A stretch of DNA of 64,000 nt from Candidatus Woesearchaeota archaeon (GTDB lineage: Archaea; Nanobdellota; Nanobdellia; Woesearchaeales; UBA583): NCBI GenBank assembly GCA_965205335.1, contig OZ242164.1, forward strand, positions 160,001 through 224,000, written 5' to 3'. The translations under genes and the position numbers were made by a program. Positions 8,547-18,626 of the stretch are shown in pieces; within the stretch, counting starts at the first letter, position 1; the number at the start of each line of letters is the position of its first letter. Below the pieces are notes generated by a model, which worked only from the letters and a program-made list of their open reading frames with translations, was not told the origin of the DNA and made no database searches.

Positions 8547-9440
8547 ATGGAAACAGCAATTAATTTAGAAGAGCGAATAGGAAACCATATAGATAATAGG
8601 AATATAATGGGAGAGATAGAAAATCCTTCAAGAAGGAATTTTTTAAAAGGACTTGGGATTGGTTTAGCGGGTTATGCAATATTTGGTGGTTTAGAGGCAA
8701 ATGCACAAGGCAGATATGATAACATGGAATTATTAAGACAACATTTACCTCCCGGGATATTAAACTGCCGTGACAGAGCAATTAGAATACTATACGCTCA
8801 GGAAGTCTCTGGCCTCTGGGATGACTTTGGTAGGCTTTATTATAGAATGAAAAGTGAATTTAATGGGTACTACGACAGTGTAATAGTAGAACCTTGGTCA
8901 AGAAAGATTGAACCTGCAATGTATTTACTAAGAGAGCAAATTAATTACAAACGTGGAGGAATTTTTGCAGATTGGCGAAAGGTTACAGATGTGCCACAGA
9001 TGTTAGCTTTTGATGAGGGGATAAGATATTTTTATATTGCTTATGTTTATGGTAATGGTAATGAACAGACAAAAAGAACTACTGAAGATAAATTTGTCCA
9101 TTCAATAGCATACGCTGCATATTCTGATACTGAAACAGCAGAACAAAAAGCAAAAGAATATTTAGAGTCAGATATGGAAGGAAAAACAAGAGTAGTTATG
9201 GACATAAAAAAACAATTTGAGGAAATGAGTAATGGAGACAAAGAATCAAGAGACCCAAGAGACCCGTACAACAGAAAATTAATGGCATCTTGGAGTAGTC
9301 TTATGCTTGAACAGAGTTATTTTTTTGAACAGAATAGAACAGATAGTGAGAGGAATCTTTCAATAAACAGACATATAGAGATTCCCCTTAGAGAAGCAGT
9401 AGGGTTCAGAATCAGAGGACCTCCTCATTATAGATATTAA
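8547..9440 (+). CDS. Twin-arginine-signal cassette protein A2
   Basis: Canonical SRRNFLK motif, ANA/Q site; shares the FVHSIAY...YNRKL block with A1 and A3. Confidence 0.8.
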   Translation: METAINLEERIGNHIDNRNIMGEIENPSRRNFLKGLGIGLAGYAIFGGLEANAQGRYDNMELLRQHLPPGILNCRDRAIRILYAQEVSGLWDDFGRLYYRMKSEFNGYYDSVIVEPWSRKIEPAMYLLREQINYKRGGIFADWRKVTDVPQMLAFDEGIRYFYIAYVYGNGNEQTKRTTEDKFVHSIAYAAYSDTETAEQKAKEYLESDMEGKTRVVMDIKKQFEEMSNGDKESRDPRDPYNRKLMASWSSLMLEQSYFFEQNRTDSERNLSINRHIEIPLREAVGFRIRGPPHYRY

Positions 9441-9447
9441 TTTAATT

Positions 9448-9801
9448 TTATCCTGCACCAACTCCTTCACTTGTCAGATTATTCCCACTGCTTTGTTGTC
9501 TTCTGCAATTGTCTGATGATGTTAAGTAAAATTCTACTGAACCACTCTTACTAAAATTTAATATTTTTTCTGGCTGCTTTTGTCCTTCTACTTCTACTAT
9601 TCTTTTAGATTCTAATGTGTATCTTAATGTTAATTTTGGTGGTTCTCTTGTTCCTGTAAAATGTTGTCCTACTTTTTCTGAGAAACTTCCACTTGTATTT
9701 AACTCCCTGAATCTTCCAATTAAGCCATCTGACAAATTTATTTCTTTTGAGTCAAAATTTTTTAATCCAAGAGATAAATCTTCTATACTACCATTACTAT
9801 C
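9448..9801 (-). pseudogene. Partner 3'-end fragment alpha2 (tail SSGNNLTSEGVGAG)
   Basis: Near-identical to alpha1 up to DNCRRQQ, then a different tail. Confidence 0.7.
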
Positions 9802-9959
9802 ATTGAGTAGAGAAAATTATATAAATAACAATCTCTTATTATTTTAAGTATTAAAGAGAGTTTTCACAATAAAACTCTTAAATGTTAAAAGGCATGCATT
9901 TAGTTATTTAAGAATTATATAAACTTTATATGATGGTGCAAGTTTCTTTTTAATTAACA

Positions 9960-10883
9960 ATGGAAACAACAATTAAATTAGAAAAGCGAATAGGAAACCA
10001 TATATATAATGGAAATTTTATGGAAGAGATAGAAAGTCCTTCAAAGAGGAGATTTTTAAAAGGATTATTAGGTGCGGGGGTTGTTGCAGTTACTCCAAAA
10101 TTAGCATTTGCACAAAGAAAGAAAAGAATCTCAGATGAAGCAAGAAATAGAATATGGGCAAACTACCCAGAAATGCAGGGTGCAATTGATTTGATAAACG
10201 ATGATGTTTTTGAGGGATTAATTGATTATGCAATGTATCCAAGTCAGGGATATTCTGACCCAAGAGGTATTCCCACATCAATAAGAAAAATACCAAGAGA
10301 AGACATTGGCACACCACACTATTGGCTTCTTTTAAAAATTTACGAAGATAATTACAATTATTATGCTGATGAAGGTGGAAATCCAGGAATGGGCGTTCCG
10401 CCTCCCCCCTCCCCACCATCAGGTGTGTGGTATTTTGCAAGAGGTTTGAGAGACAATAGTCCTGACAATGAAAGTGATTTACTTAAAGCATTGTACATAG
10501 GAGCAACAGGCAGTCCACAAGGAGCAGAACCAATAATCAATGGCACATTCATGAATGTACCCAGAGTTAGAGAAAAAGTAAGAGAATGGCGAGAGAGAAA
10601 TCAACTATCTTCAGATTTGGATGAAGAAGAACACTTATTGTTAGCTTATAACTTAAATGTATTAAGGGCAGTTAGATTTAGGGACGAGGAACTTGTTGAG
10701 TTAAGTCTTTTGGCATTAGAGGATTTTTATGATGGAGTTCGTGCTCCTTCAAAGAGTGACATTTATGGAGCGGAGATTATTGCAGATTTAACGAGAAGAG
10801 ACAAATTGCCAAGATATTCCATAATTGAGAGGACTGGTTCAAGTTTTGTTGTAACATCTCCCTTGCCAGTGCTGAGATTTTAA
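9960..10883 (+). CDS. Twin-arginine-signal cassette protein B1
   Basis: SKRRFLK + h-region + AFA/Q; paralog of 11595 and 20691. Confidence 0.8.
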   Translation: METTIKLEKRIGNHIYNGNFMEEIESPSKRRFLKGLLGAGVVAVTPKLAFAQRKKRISDEARNRIWANYPEMQGAIDLINDDVFEGLIDYAMYPSQGYSDPRGIPTSIRKIPREDIGTPHYWLLLKIYEDNYNYYADEGGNPGMGVPPPPSPPSGVWYFARGLRDNSPDNESDLLKALYIGATGSPQGAEPIINGTFMNVPRVREKVREWRERNQLSSDLDEEEHLLLAYNLNVLRAVRFRDEELVELSLLALEDFYDGVRAPSKSDIYGAEIIADLTRRDKLPRYSIIERTGSSFVVTSPLPVLRF

Positions 10884-11380
10884 CCTTTTTCTTTCACGCT
10901 TCTTGTATCTTGTACTTCACCACCACTTGTGATTCTGTTATTTGTTCTGGGATCACATTGTCTTATTCTGAATGTTCTTGATATTGTTACCGGTTCTTTA
11001 TTTTTTTTAGAATTTTTATTCTTTTGATGATATGTTAAGTACAGTGTAACTTCTTCTTCAGGTGTTCCCGTAGGAAGTTTATATCCTGACAAGTTTAATT
11101 CTCCTCTATAAAGATTATCTTTATATTCTAGTTCTCTTTCGGAATCTACTTCTACTTCCTTATCATCTCTTTTTACAGTTTTTTTATATTTGAATTTTTT
11201 AAACTTGTTCTTATCACTGTCTCTTCTCTGCTGTGCAAATGAAACTCTATAATCAAAATGTTTTCCATCATTATTTGTAATAGCAACAATTTCTTGTGTA
11301 TTATAATCAAAACCCTTCAAATTACTTACCGCTGAGATTATTACTGGTATGATTAAATCCTGTTCCTCCTCTTTATTTCT
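10880..11380 (-). pseudogene. Partner 3'-end fragment beta1 (tail DPRTNNRITSGGEVQDTRSVKEKG)
   Basis: Frame open from RNKEEEQDL to stop; 5' end fused out of frame to an alpha stub; stop overlaps the B1 stop. Confidence 0.7.
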
Positions 11381-11594
11381 TTTGAGTCAAAATTTTTTAA
11401 TCCAAGAGATAAATCTTCTATACTACTATTACTATCATTGAGTAGAGATAACTATATAAATAACAATCTCTTATTATTTTAAGTATTAAAGAGAGTTTTC
11501 ACAATAAAACTCTTAAATGTTAAAAGGCACGCATTTAGTTATTTAAGAATTATATAAACTTTATATGATGGTGCAAGTTTCTTTTTAATTAACA

Positions 11595-12533
11595 ATGGAA
11601 ACAGCAATTAATTTAGAAGAGCGAATAGGAAACCATATAGATAATGGAAATATTATGGAAGAGATAGAAAGTCCTTCAAAGAGGAGATTTTTAAAAGGAT
11701 TATTAGGTGCAGGAGTTATTGCAGTTACTCCAAAATTAGCATTTGCACAAAGAAGGAAGAAAATCTCAGATGAGGCAAGAGATAGGATTTGGAAAAACTA
11801 TCCAGAAATGCGAGATGTAATTAATATGATAAATGCAGGTAAAGGCAGAAATCACCTTGATTATGCACTGTTCCCCAATCAAGAAATATCTAATCTAAGA
11901 AATCTTCCTATAATGACCGACAAGATTCCAAAAGACGACATGGGGACACCGCAATACTGGCTTCTTGTAAGAATTGACAATCCAGGAACACGAAGTTATA
12001 ATCTGCTATTTGATGGCAGGCATGATCACCTTGGTGTTCCTCCACTTTCACCTCATACGGGAGTGTGGTATTTTGCAAGAAGTTTGAAAAGCAGAAGTTC
12101 TACTAACGAAAGTGATTTGCTTAAAGCCTTGTACATAGGAGCAACAGGCAGTCCACAAGGAGCAGAACCAATAATAAATGGTACATTTATGAATGTATCT
12201 GGAGTTAGAGAAAAAGTTAGGGAATGGAGAGAAGAATATGACTTTGCCCCACATTCAGATGAAGGAAATCATCTGTTAGCATATAATCTAAACATTCTCA
12301 GGGAAGCCATTTTCCCCAACACAGAACATTTTAAAGGCAGAGAACTTGTAGAATTAAGTCTTTTGGCACTGGAGGATTTTTATGATGAGGTTTATTCACC
12401 TGAAAAGAGTAATATCTATGGAGGAAGAATAGTTGGGGATTTAACGAAGAAGGATAAGTTGCCTGGATATTTTATGATTGATGAAGCAGGAGCAGAATCT
12501 CCTTTACCTGTGTTAAGATTTCATAGTAGGTAG
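11595..12533 (+). CDS. Twin-arginine-signal cassette protein B2
   Basis: Same leader and N-region; NESDLLKALYIGATGSPQGAEPIINGTFMN block shared with B1 and B3. Confidence 0.8.
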   Translation: METAINLEERIGNHIDNGNIMEEIESPSKRRFLKGLLGAGVIAVTPKLAFAQRRKKISDEARDRIWKNYPEMRDVINMINAGKGRNHLDYALFPNQEISNLRNLPIMTDKIPKDDMGTPQYWLLVRIDNPGTRSYNLLFDGRHDHLGVPPLSPHTGVWYFARSLKSRSSTNESDLLKALYIGATGSPQGAEPIINGTFMNVSGVREKVREWREEYDFAPHSDEGNHLLAYNLNILREAIFPNTEHFKGRELVELSLLALEDFYDEVYSPEKSNIYGGRIVGDLTKKDKLPGYFMIDEAGAESPLPVLRFHSR

Positions 12534-12589
12534 CGAGAAAGAGAAATTAAAATTCCATTTATCGGTCTCTGATTGATTATTTCATCTTA

Positions 12590-13276
12590 TTAACTAACCC
12601 CTCCATCTTCTGGAGTTTTTGTTTTTTCTTTCCGTTGAACTCCACCACTTGTGATTCTGTCAATTGTTCTGGGATCACATTGTCTTATTCTGAATGTTCT
12701 TGATATAGTTACTGGTTCTTTATTTTTTTTAGGGTCTTTACTCTTTTGATGATATGTTATATACAGAGTAACTTCTTCTTCAGGAGTTCCTGTTGGAAGT
12801 TTATATCCTGACAAGTTTAATTCTCCTCTATAAAGATTATCTTTATATTCTAGTTCTACTTTTACTTTCTTTTCTCTGCCATTACTATCCTTAATTACAT
12901 TGCCATTATCATCCTTAAGTACAAGATCGAATTTTTTTTCTAACTTGTTCTTCTCATTATCTCTTCTCTGCTGTGCAAATGAAACTCTGTAATCAAAATT
13001 TTTGTTATCATCTCTTTCAATATTCATGATACTCTCATCATCATACTTGAACTTCTCCCAATTACTTACCGCAGAGATTATTACTGGTACAATTAAATCC
13101 TGTTCCTCCTCTTTGTTTCTGACACACAAGCTTTGCTTTTCAAATGGTCTTACTATATCAAATATGAAATTCATATCATCATCTTCTTCATTTTTAACGT
13201 TTGAAGCAACAGTAAATCTGAGTTCAAGTAAATCATTGACATCCACATTTCTTGACACATCTATGTCTTCACCCAT
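12590..13276 (-). CDS. Partner beta2, longest copy (possibly itself a fragment)
   Basis: 228-aa ORF; frame stays open to about 13388; shares FDYRVSFAQQRRD, LNLSGYKLPTGTPEEEVTL and EPVTISRTFRIRQC with beta1 and beta3. Confidence 0.6.
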   Translation of the reverse strand: MGEDIDVSRNVDVNDLLELRFTVASNVKNEEDDDMNFIFDIVRPFEKQSLCVRNKEEEQDLIVPVIISAVSNWEKFKYDDESIMNIERDDNKNFDYRVSFAQQRRDNEKNKLEKKFDLVLKDDNGNVIKDSNGREKKVKVELEYKDNLYRGELNLSGYKLPTGTPEEEVTLYITYHQKSKDPKKNKEPVTISRTFRIRQCDPRTIDRITSGGVQRKEKTKTPEDGGVS

Positions 13277-13444
13277 TATACTATATTTTCTGAAATTATC
13301 TCTTGTTATACTTCCTGCATTGCTTGGTAAAAGTCTTAATAATAATCTACATTTTAATTCAGTAGTTTTATTTGTATTAAGACTTTTTCATAACATATAT
13401 AATTTAATAATAAACCCCCCTTTAAGTTGACAACTCATATAAAC

Positions 13445-14474
13445 GGCTCTGTCCATAAATTAATTTTTTTAAAATAAAAGAGATGAAAATACAATTTGAT
13501 ACTAAAACATTATCATTTTTCTTTTGAAAATTATCCAATTTTCATAGAAGAAAATTACATAAGAAAGTTTTTTTCTAATGTTATACCAAAGAATATTCCA
13601 TGCCATCTCCCTTTTTTTCATAAAATGTATCCTACTTCTGATATTTAGGCCTTGAACTCTCTTGAGTGATGAAAACACACTCTCGACATTGTTCCTTTTA
13701 TTGTATATTTCTTTGTTTTTGAAGTATTTTTGTTTGATTTTCCAATGCTTAAAAGCATTATGCTTGGTTTTTGCATAGTCTTTTGGCGGGAAAATCAAAT
13801 CTATATCTTTATCATTTAGAAAATCTAAATGATCAAAGGAAAAATATCCTTTGTCTGCCACAATAACACTCTTCTTTATTTTGAGTCTTTTGAAAAGTTT
13901 GTTTGCAACTTTTGAATCATGCTGATTCTTAACCAAGAAAGAATAATCAATTATTTGTTTAGAGCCTTGTACGTCACAAATTATATCTAATTTGTGCCAA
14001 GGTGATTTGGGTTCAAATCCAATCCGATGTTTGTAATAAGTAGTTTTATGGTCTGCATCAATTCCCGAACCATCAATTGCTACAAGGTCTGGATTAGGAT
14101 TTTCTAAAGAAAGTCTAATTAGGTTGCGGATAAAACTAACTGAGAAGAACTTTAACCACTTATGAAGTGTTGATTTCTTTGGAAGGCGTTTTAACTGCAA
14201 CCAATGCTTCCATGCGGTTAATGTGCCGTCTAGATTGCTTACAAACCTTCTAAAGGATTTTCCTGATTGGATGTATAAGACTATTATAGAAACTCTTTGA
14301 TAATTGTTAAAGAGTTTGCAACCCCTCACAAAATTGTGAGGCCTTAACCTTAAACTATGACAAAGTTTAAGTACTTCCTTATGTAAACTATTAGTAAAGT
14401 TGGTGTGTTCTAACATAAAAAACTATCAACTTTACACTTTATTAATTCTTCGATTTGAATTTATGGACAGTGCC
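13445..14474 (-). mobile_element. IS5-family insertion sequence (ISH1/IS903-like), 1030 bp
   Basis: 17-bp TIRs GGCTCTGTCCATAAATT / GGCACTGTCCATAAATT around a DDE transposase. Confidence 0.9.
13502..14416 (-). CDS. IS5-family DDE transposase
   Basis: VAIDGSG, HDS, VADKGY, YNKRNNVESVFSSLKR. Confidence 0.9.
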   Translation of the reverse strand: MLEHTNFTNSLHKEVLKLCHSLRLRPHNFVRGCKLFNNYQRVSIIVLYIQSGKSFRRFVSNLDGTLTAWKHWLQLKRLPKKSTLHKWLKFFSVSFIRNLIRLSLENPNPDLVAIDGSGIDADHKTTYYKHRIGFEPKSPWHKLDIICDVQGSKQIIDYSFLVKNQHDSKVANKLFKRLKIKKSVIVADKGYFSFDHLDFLNDKDIDLIFPPKDYAKTKHNAFKHWKIKQKYFKNKEIYNKRNNVESVFSSLKRVQGLNIRSRIHFMKKREMAWNILWYNIRKKLSYVIFFYENWIIFKRKMIMF

Positions 14475-14522
14475 TACACTTGAATAAATTTATAAATAAA
14501 GAGAAATAAAAATACTTTAACT

Positions 14523-16730
14523 ATGAAGATAAATAAGAGGATACGATTATGTATTATTTTAGTGTCGTTGTTTTTCTTATTAGGAATTACTGGATGTGTG
14601 CAAGAACCAGTAATAGTAGAAGAGAATGGCAATACAACATCCAATATAATCGATACAGATTTTGAATATGAATTGTTTAATCAATCTCTGGAAATAAAAA
14701 ATTTCACATCAGAAACCCAACTTAGCGAATATTTAAAGAAGAATTCACAATCAGGTAGTTTCTATTATTCAGATGATTTTGCAACTTTTGGTACTTTTGA
14801 AGGAGATGTAGTCTTTGAAGCTTCTGCTCAAGCAGATTCTTCTGTCAGTGCAAAATCAATAGAGAGTGTTAGAGCAGATGATTACTCCCAGACAAATATA
14901 CAGGTTGAAGGTGTAGATGAGGCTGATTTTGTTAAAAATGATGGAAAATATATTTATATGATATTGCAGGGAAAATTAGTAATTGTAGATGCTTATCCTC
15001 CAAAAGAAGCGAAAATCATATCAAAAACAGAAATTAAAGGAAATCCTCAAAATTTATATATTAATAAAGATAGAGTTATAGTATTTGCATCAGATTATAA
15101 AAAAGTGCAAAAAATCTCAAGATATGATTTCATTCCAAAAGAAACCTCAGAAAGGCATACAATTGCATACATCTATAATGTTTCAGACAGGAAAAATCCA
15201 AAACTCTTAAAGGAATATTCTGCAACAGGAAATTATTTAGAGTCTCGGATGATTGAAGATTATATTTATTTTATATCAAAAGAATCTATCTATTACTATG
15301 ATGATGTAATCACTTTCCCTGAGGTGAGATTAGATGGGAACTTAATTAGCACCCCAGAAGTTTTTTATTTTGATATTCCAGAAAGCAGATATATATTTCA
15401 CACTTTTACAACTTTTAATATATATGAAGATAAAAAATCTAATGCAAAGACATTTATGCTTGGAGCATCAAACAATGTATATGTATCCCAAGATAATATT
15501 TATATAACTCATAAGAAAACATATCCAAGTTTGTTCTATAAGCAATTAGAAATTGATAAATTCTTCAAGGCAGTTGTCCCATTACTCCCTACCCAAGTTG
15601 CAGATAATATCTCAGAAATTAGAAGGGGGTTAGAGGATAACTCAATAGAATCTTATAATGCAATATGGAATGAAATATCTGTTGTTCTTGAAGATATGTA
15701 TAATTCTATGGAGAAGGATGAAAAATATGAATTAATTGATAAAATTGAAGAATCTTTAATTGAGTATGAAACCGAGATTGAAGATAAGATTTCATCATCT
15801 GTTGTTCATAAAATCTCAATTAATGAAGACGAGATTGAATATTTAACAAACGGAGAGGTCAAGGGAACACTTTTAAATCAGTTTTCAATGGATGAAAAAG
15901 ATGGAAATTTAAGGGTTGCAACAACAACTAACTCTTTTTCACGTCAAAGAGGCAGAGTTATGTATAATAATGTATATGTGTTAGATGAAGATTTAGAAAT
16001 TATCGGAAAAATTGAAAAGATTGCACCTGATGAGAGAATTTATTCAACAAGATTTATGGGAGATAAACTTTATATGGTAACATTTAAACAAATAGACCCG
16101 TTATTTACAATTGATTTGTCTAACCCAGAAGAACCTAAAATAATAGGACAGTTAAAAATTCCCGGATTTTCAAATTATCTTCACCCGTATGATGAGAATC
16201 ATTTAATAGGGATTGGACAGGATACATACGTGAATGATCGTGGGGGGGTTAGAACAAAAGGAGTTAAGATTTCATTATTTGATGTTTCAGATTTTGAGAA
16301 TCCAAGAGAGGTTGATAATGTTATTATCGGAGATGAGGGTTCTTATTCGGAGGTTTTAAATGATCATAAAGCACTTTTGTTTAGCCGTGAAAAGAATTTA
16401 CTTGTACTGCCAATTAGAGAAGTATCTGATAACTATAAAACAGATAGAGGCGGGTATTTTAGAAACAGAGTTTGGAATGGGGCTTATGTGTTTACAGTTA
16501 CGCCTGACGGGTTTAGCGAGCGGGGAAAGATAAAACATTCAGATAAAGAATATGATACATATTATTGGAGTTCACCAAGTTCAGTAAGAAGAGCATTATA
16601 CTTAGATGATAATTTATACACGATTTCAGATGAGTATATTAAAATTAATGATTTAAACACTATTGATGAGATAGGAGATATAAAACTGCCTTATAATGAT
16701 AGATGGTATTATGATTATTGGTATAAATAA
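14523..16730 (+). CDS. Secreted beta-propeller domain lipoprotein
   Basis: Lipobox-like LLGITGC; YSQTNIQVEGVDEADFVKNDG, LLNQFSMDE, ERIYSTRF, GQLKIPGFSNYLHP motifs. Confidence 0.9.
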   Translation: MKINKRIRLCIILVSLFFLLGITGCVQEPVIVEENGNTTSNIIDTDFEYELFNQSLEIKNFTSETQLSEYLKKNSQSGSFYYSDDFATFGTFEGDVVFEASAQADSSVSAKSIESVRADDYSQTNIQVEGVDEADFVKNDGKYIYMILQGKLVIVDAYPPKEAKIISKTEIKGNPQNLYINKDRVIVFASDYKKVQKISRYDFIPKETSERHTIAYIYNVSDRKNPKLLKEYSATGNYLESRMIEDYIYFISKESIYYYDDVITFPEVRLDGNLISTPEVFYFDIPESRYIFHTFTTFNIYEDKKSNAKTFMLGASNNVYVSQDNIYITHKKTYPSLFYKQLEIDKFFKAVVPLLPTQVADNISEIRRGLEDNSIESYNAIWNEISVVLEDMYNSMEKDEKYELIDKIEESLIEYETEIEDKISSSVVHKISINEDEIEYLTNGEVKGTLLNQFSMDEKDGNLRVATTTNSFSRQRGRVMYNNVYVLDEDLEIIGKIEKIAPDERIYSTRFMGDKLYMVTFKQIDPLFTIDLSNPEEPKIIGQLKIPGFSNYLHPYDENHLIGIGQDTYVNDRGGVRTKGVKISLFDVSDFENPREVDNVIIGDEGSYSEVLNDHKALLFSREKNLLVLPIREVSDNYKTDRGGYFRNRVWNGAYVFTVTPDGFSERGKIKHSDKEYDTYYWSSPSSVRRALYLDDNLYTISDEYIKINDLNTIDEIGDIKLPYNDRWYYDYWYK

Positions 16731-16814
16731 ATGTAGATTATAAACTCAGATATGCTTAAAAAATTATACTTTATTTGTATATGTTTATAACTTGAATTTA
16801 TAATTTGCAGTTAC

Positions 16815-16942
16815 GGCTCTGTCCATAAATTCAAAAGAACTTAAAATATTATATAAATAAAGTAATTTTTGACAAATAATCTTTTTCTTTGATTGAATAT
16901 AGTTAGCATAGATTTTGGAGAAAACAATTTATGGACAGAGCC
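16815..16942. mobile_element. MITE (128 bp) with TIRs matching the IS at 13445
   Basis: GGCTCTGTCCATAAATT...AATTTATGGACAGAGCC; interior homologous to the copies at 29848 and 43884. Confidence 0.9.
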
Positions 16943-17284
16943 ATATAAACGATAATTTTATAAATATATTATATAATTAATTGTTTAAACAATTTGCTTA
17001 ATAGCCATATATGGAGAATATGACTATTAGTTTGCTTGGGTTAGGTAACGAATATTAAAATATTCGTATTTGGCTTATTACGCTTATTCTAATATTTGAA
17101 ATAAAACACACGTTGCCTATCCTACTTACTTTAAACGTTTAGATTTTAAATAGTTATCGCTTAATTTTCCAAAGATCTTTAGTGTTCTTTTACTCCTTTT
17201 CAGAAAAGAGAAAAATTTATGAATGAACACCCTTTTTAATTTTTATGGAAGGAATTAATAAATATTTAAAAAACGCTTCTAAGA

Positions 17285-17773
17285 GTGGAAGGGGGGAGGG
17301 AGGACAATATGGAAGAAAATATAAAATTTTATTCTGAAATTTACGTTCAAATAATTTATTGCATTAATAAAAAAGGTCTTATAATTAAAGAGAATAAATT
17401 TAATTTTAATAAATTTAAAAAATTAGTCTTAGAATTAAAATCAAAAAATGTGTTTGATTCTATTTTAAATAAGTATAATAAATTTGATGAAAATGAATTA
17501 AAACTAATTCTTATTGGAATTATGAAGATTATTATAAATAGATTTAAAGGAATTGTAGAAGATACTCAAGAAACTTCGCAAAATTATAGTGAAGAATATA
17601 AAGCTGCACTTGCTGATATAAAACATAATTCTTTAAGAGAAATTCAAAAGTTTGAAGAATTAATTTCTAAAAATCAATTTGAAAATATAATATCAGAGAT
17701 AAAGAAAAGCAATATAAGATATGATCCCAAATTTTTTCATTTATTCAGTGAAAGAAATAATAAGAGAACTTAA
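17285..17773 (+). CDS. Hypothetical protein
   Basis: ORF only; ATG near 17309 is the likelier start. Confidence 0.45.
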   Translation: MEGGREDNMEENIKFYSEIYVQIIYCINKKGLIIKENKFNFNKFKKLVLELKSKNVFDSILNKYNKFDENELKLILIGIMKIIINRFKGIVEDTQETSQNYSEEYKAALADIKHNSLREIQKFEELISKNQFENIISEIKKSNIRYDPKFFHLFSERNNKRT

Positions 17774-17821
17774 GAAACTATTGAATCAAACTAAACAAAT
17801 TTTAGAAGAAAACATAATCTA

Positions 17822-17911
17822 CTATTGTAGATATAATACGATATAAATAATAATTATAATTATGCCAATAATAATAAACATACTAATTTGGGATTTCTTT
17901 GCCTTACTCAT
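17822..17911 (-). pseudogene. Class III (pilin-like) signal peptide stub
   Basis: MSKAKKSQ/ISMFIIIGIIIIIIYIVLYLQ then stop. Confidence 0.4.
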
Positions 17912-18390
17912 ATATTCATTACCTAATATTAAATAACACATTTATAATATATGAGGTATGAAAATATTTATAAGTTTATTGAATATGAAAAAAAATTATT
18001 TTTAAATATCAGAATGTGCATATAATATTATGGAAAAAGAACGCAAATGGATGAGTGTTAGTTGGAGGTTTGATAAAAACGGAAATACAATTGGTAAAAA
18101 ACCAGTGTGTAGTGCCATGACATATGTCACCAGTCTAAAGATTAACAATTCTTGTTAACTTTCTTAAAAAACTTTGAGACAGCCTATCTCCAATAAAAAG
18201 AATAAGAGGGAAAGTATCTGATATTGAAGGGGAAATAGAGTTCAAATAGAGATTAAATCTTCAAGTTAAATATGATATTCATATTTTCTGTTACTTCTTC
18301 GTTTAACTCGTGTAAACCTTCTAACTTCTCTGTTATTTCTTCTTCCGACTTCTTGACCTTAGTTTTCTTCATATTTGTTGATTGACAAAG

Positions 18391-18615
18391 TTATTTATAT
18401 ATATTTTTTCTTAAGCCCAAATATTTGACATAAAGTTCCTTTTCCTCAAAATTAATACTAATTAATGTCCTATGATTTCCAATTTTAAGTTTATAATATT
18501 TATCTCCTTCGTAATGTTCTAAATAATGAAAAGGGTTACTTTCAAGTTTTTTTAACTTAACTTTTGTATCTATTATTAAATAGATTTTAAAAAAGATTTT
18601 CTTGATGAATTTCAA
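18391..18615 (-). pseudogene. Degenerate RelE/ParE-family toxin
   Basis: KLKKLESNP...YKLKIGNHR...LYVKYLGLRKNIYK; N-terminus irregular. Confidence 0.6.
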
Positions 18616-18626
18616 AAGTAAAAACC

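Noticed and set aside
7896-9440. Diversity-generating retroelement (VR/TR) explanation for the variable C-termini
   Set aside because: Differences are not adenine-specific and are largely synonymous third-position changes; no reverse transcriptase in the window
13445-14474. Own TSD for the IS
   Set aside because: Left flank ATATAAAC does not match right flank TACACTTG; the match is at the distal MITE instead
17078-17111. 12-bp match TTACGCTTATTC with 63965-63976 just after the tRNA, as a possible att site
   Set aside because: Short, outside the tRNA 3' end and plausible by chance in AT-rich DNA; no integrase seen
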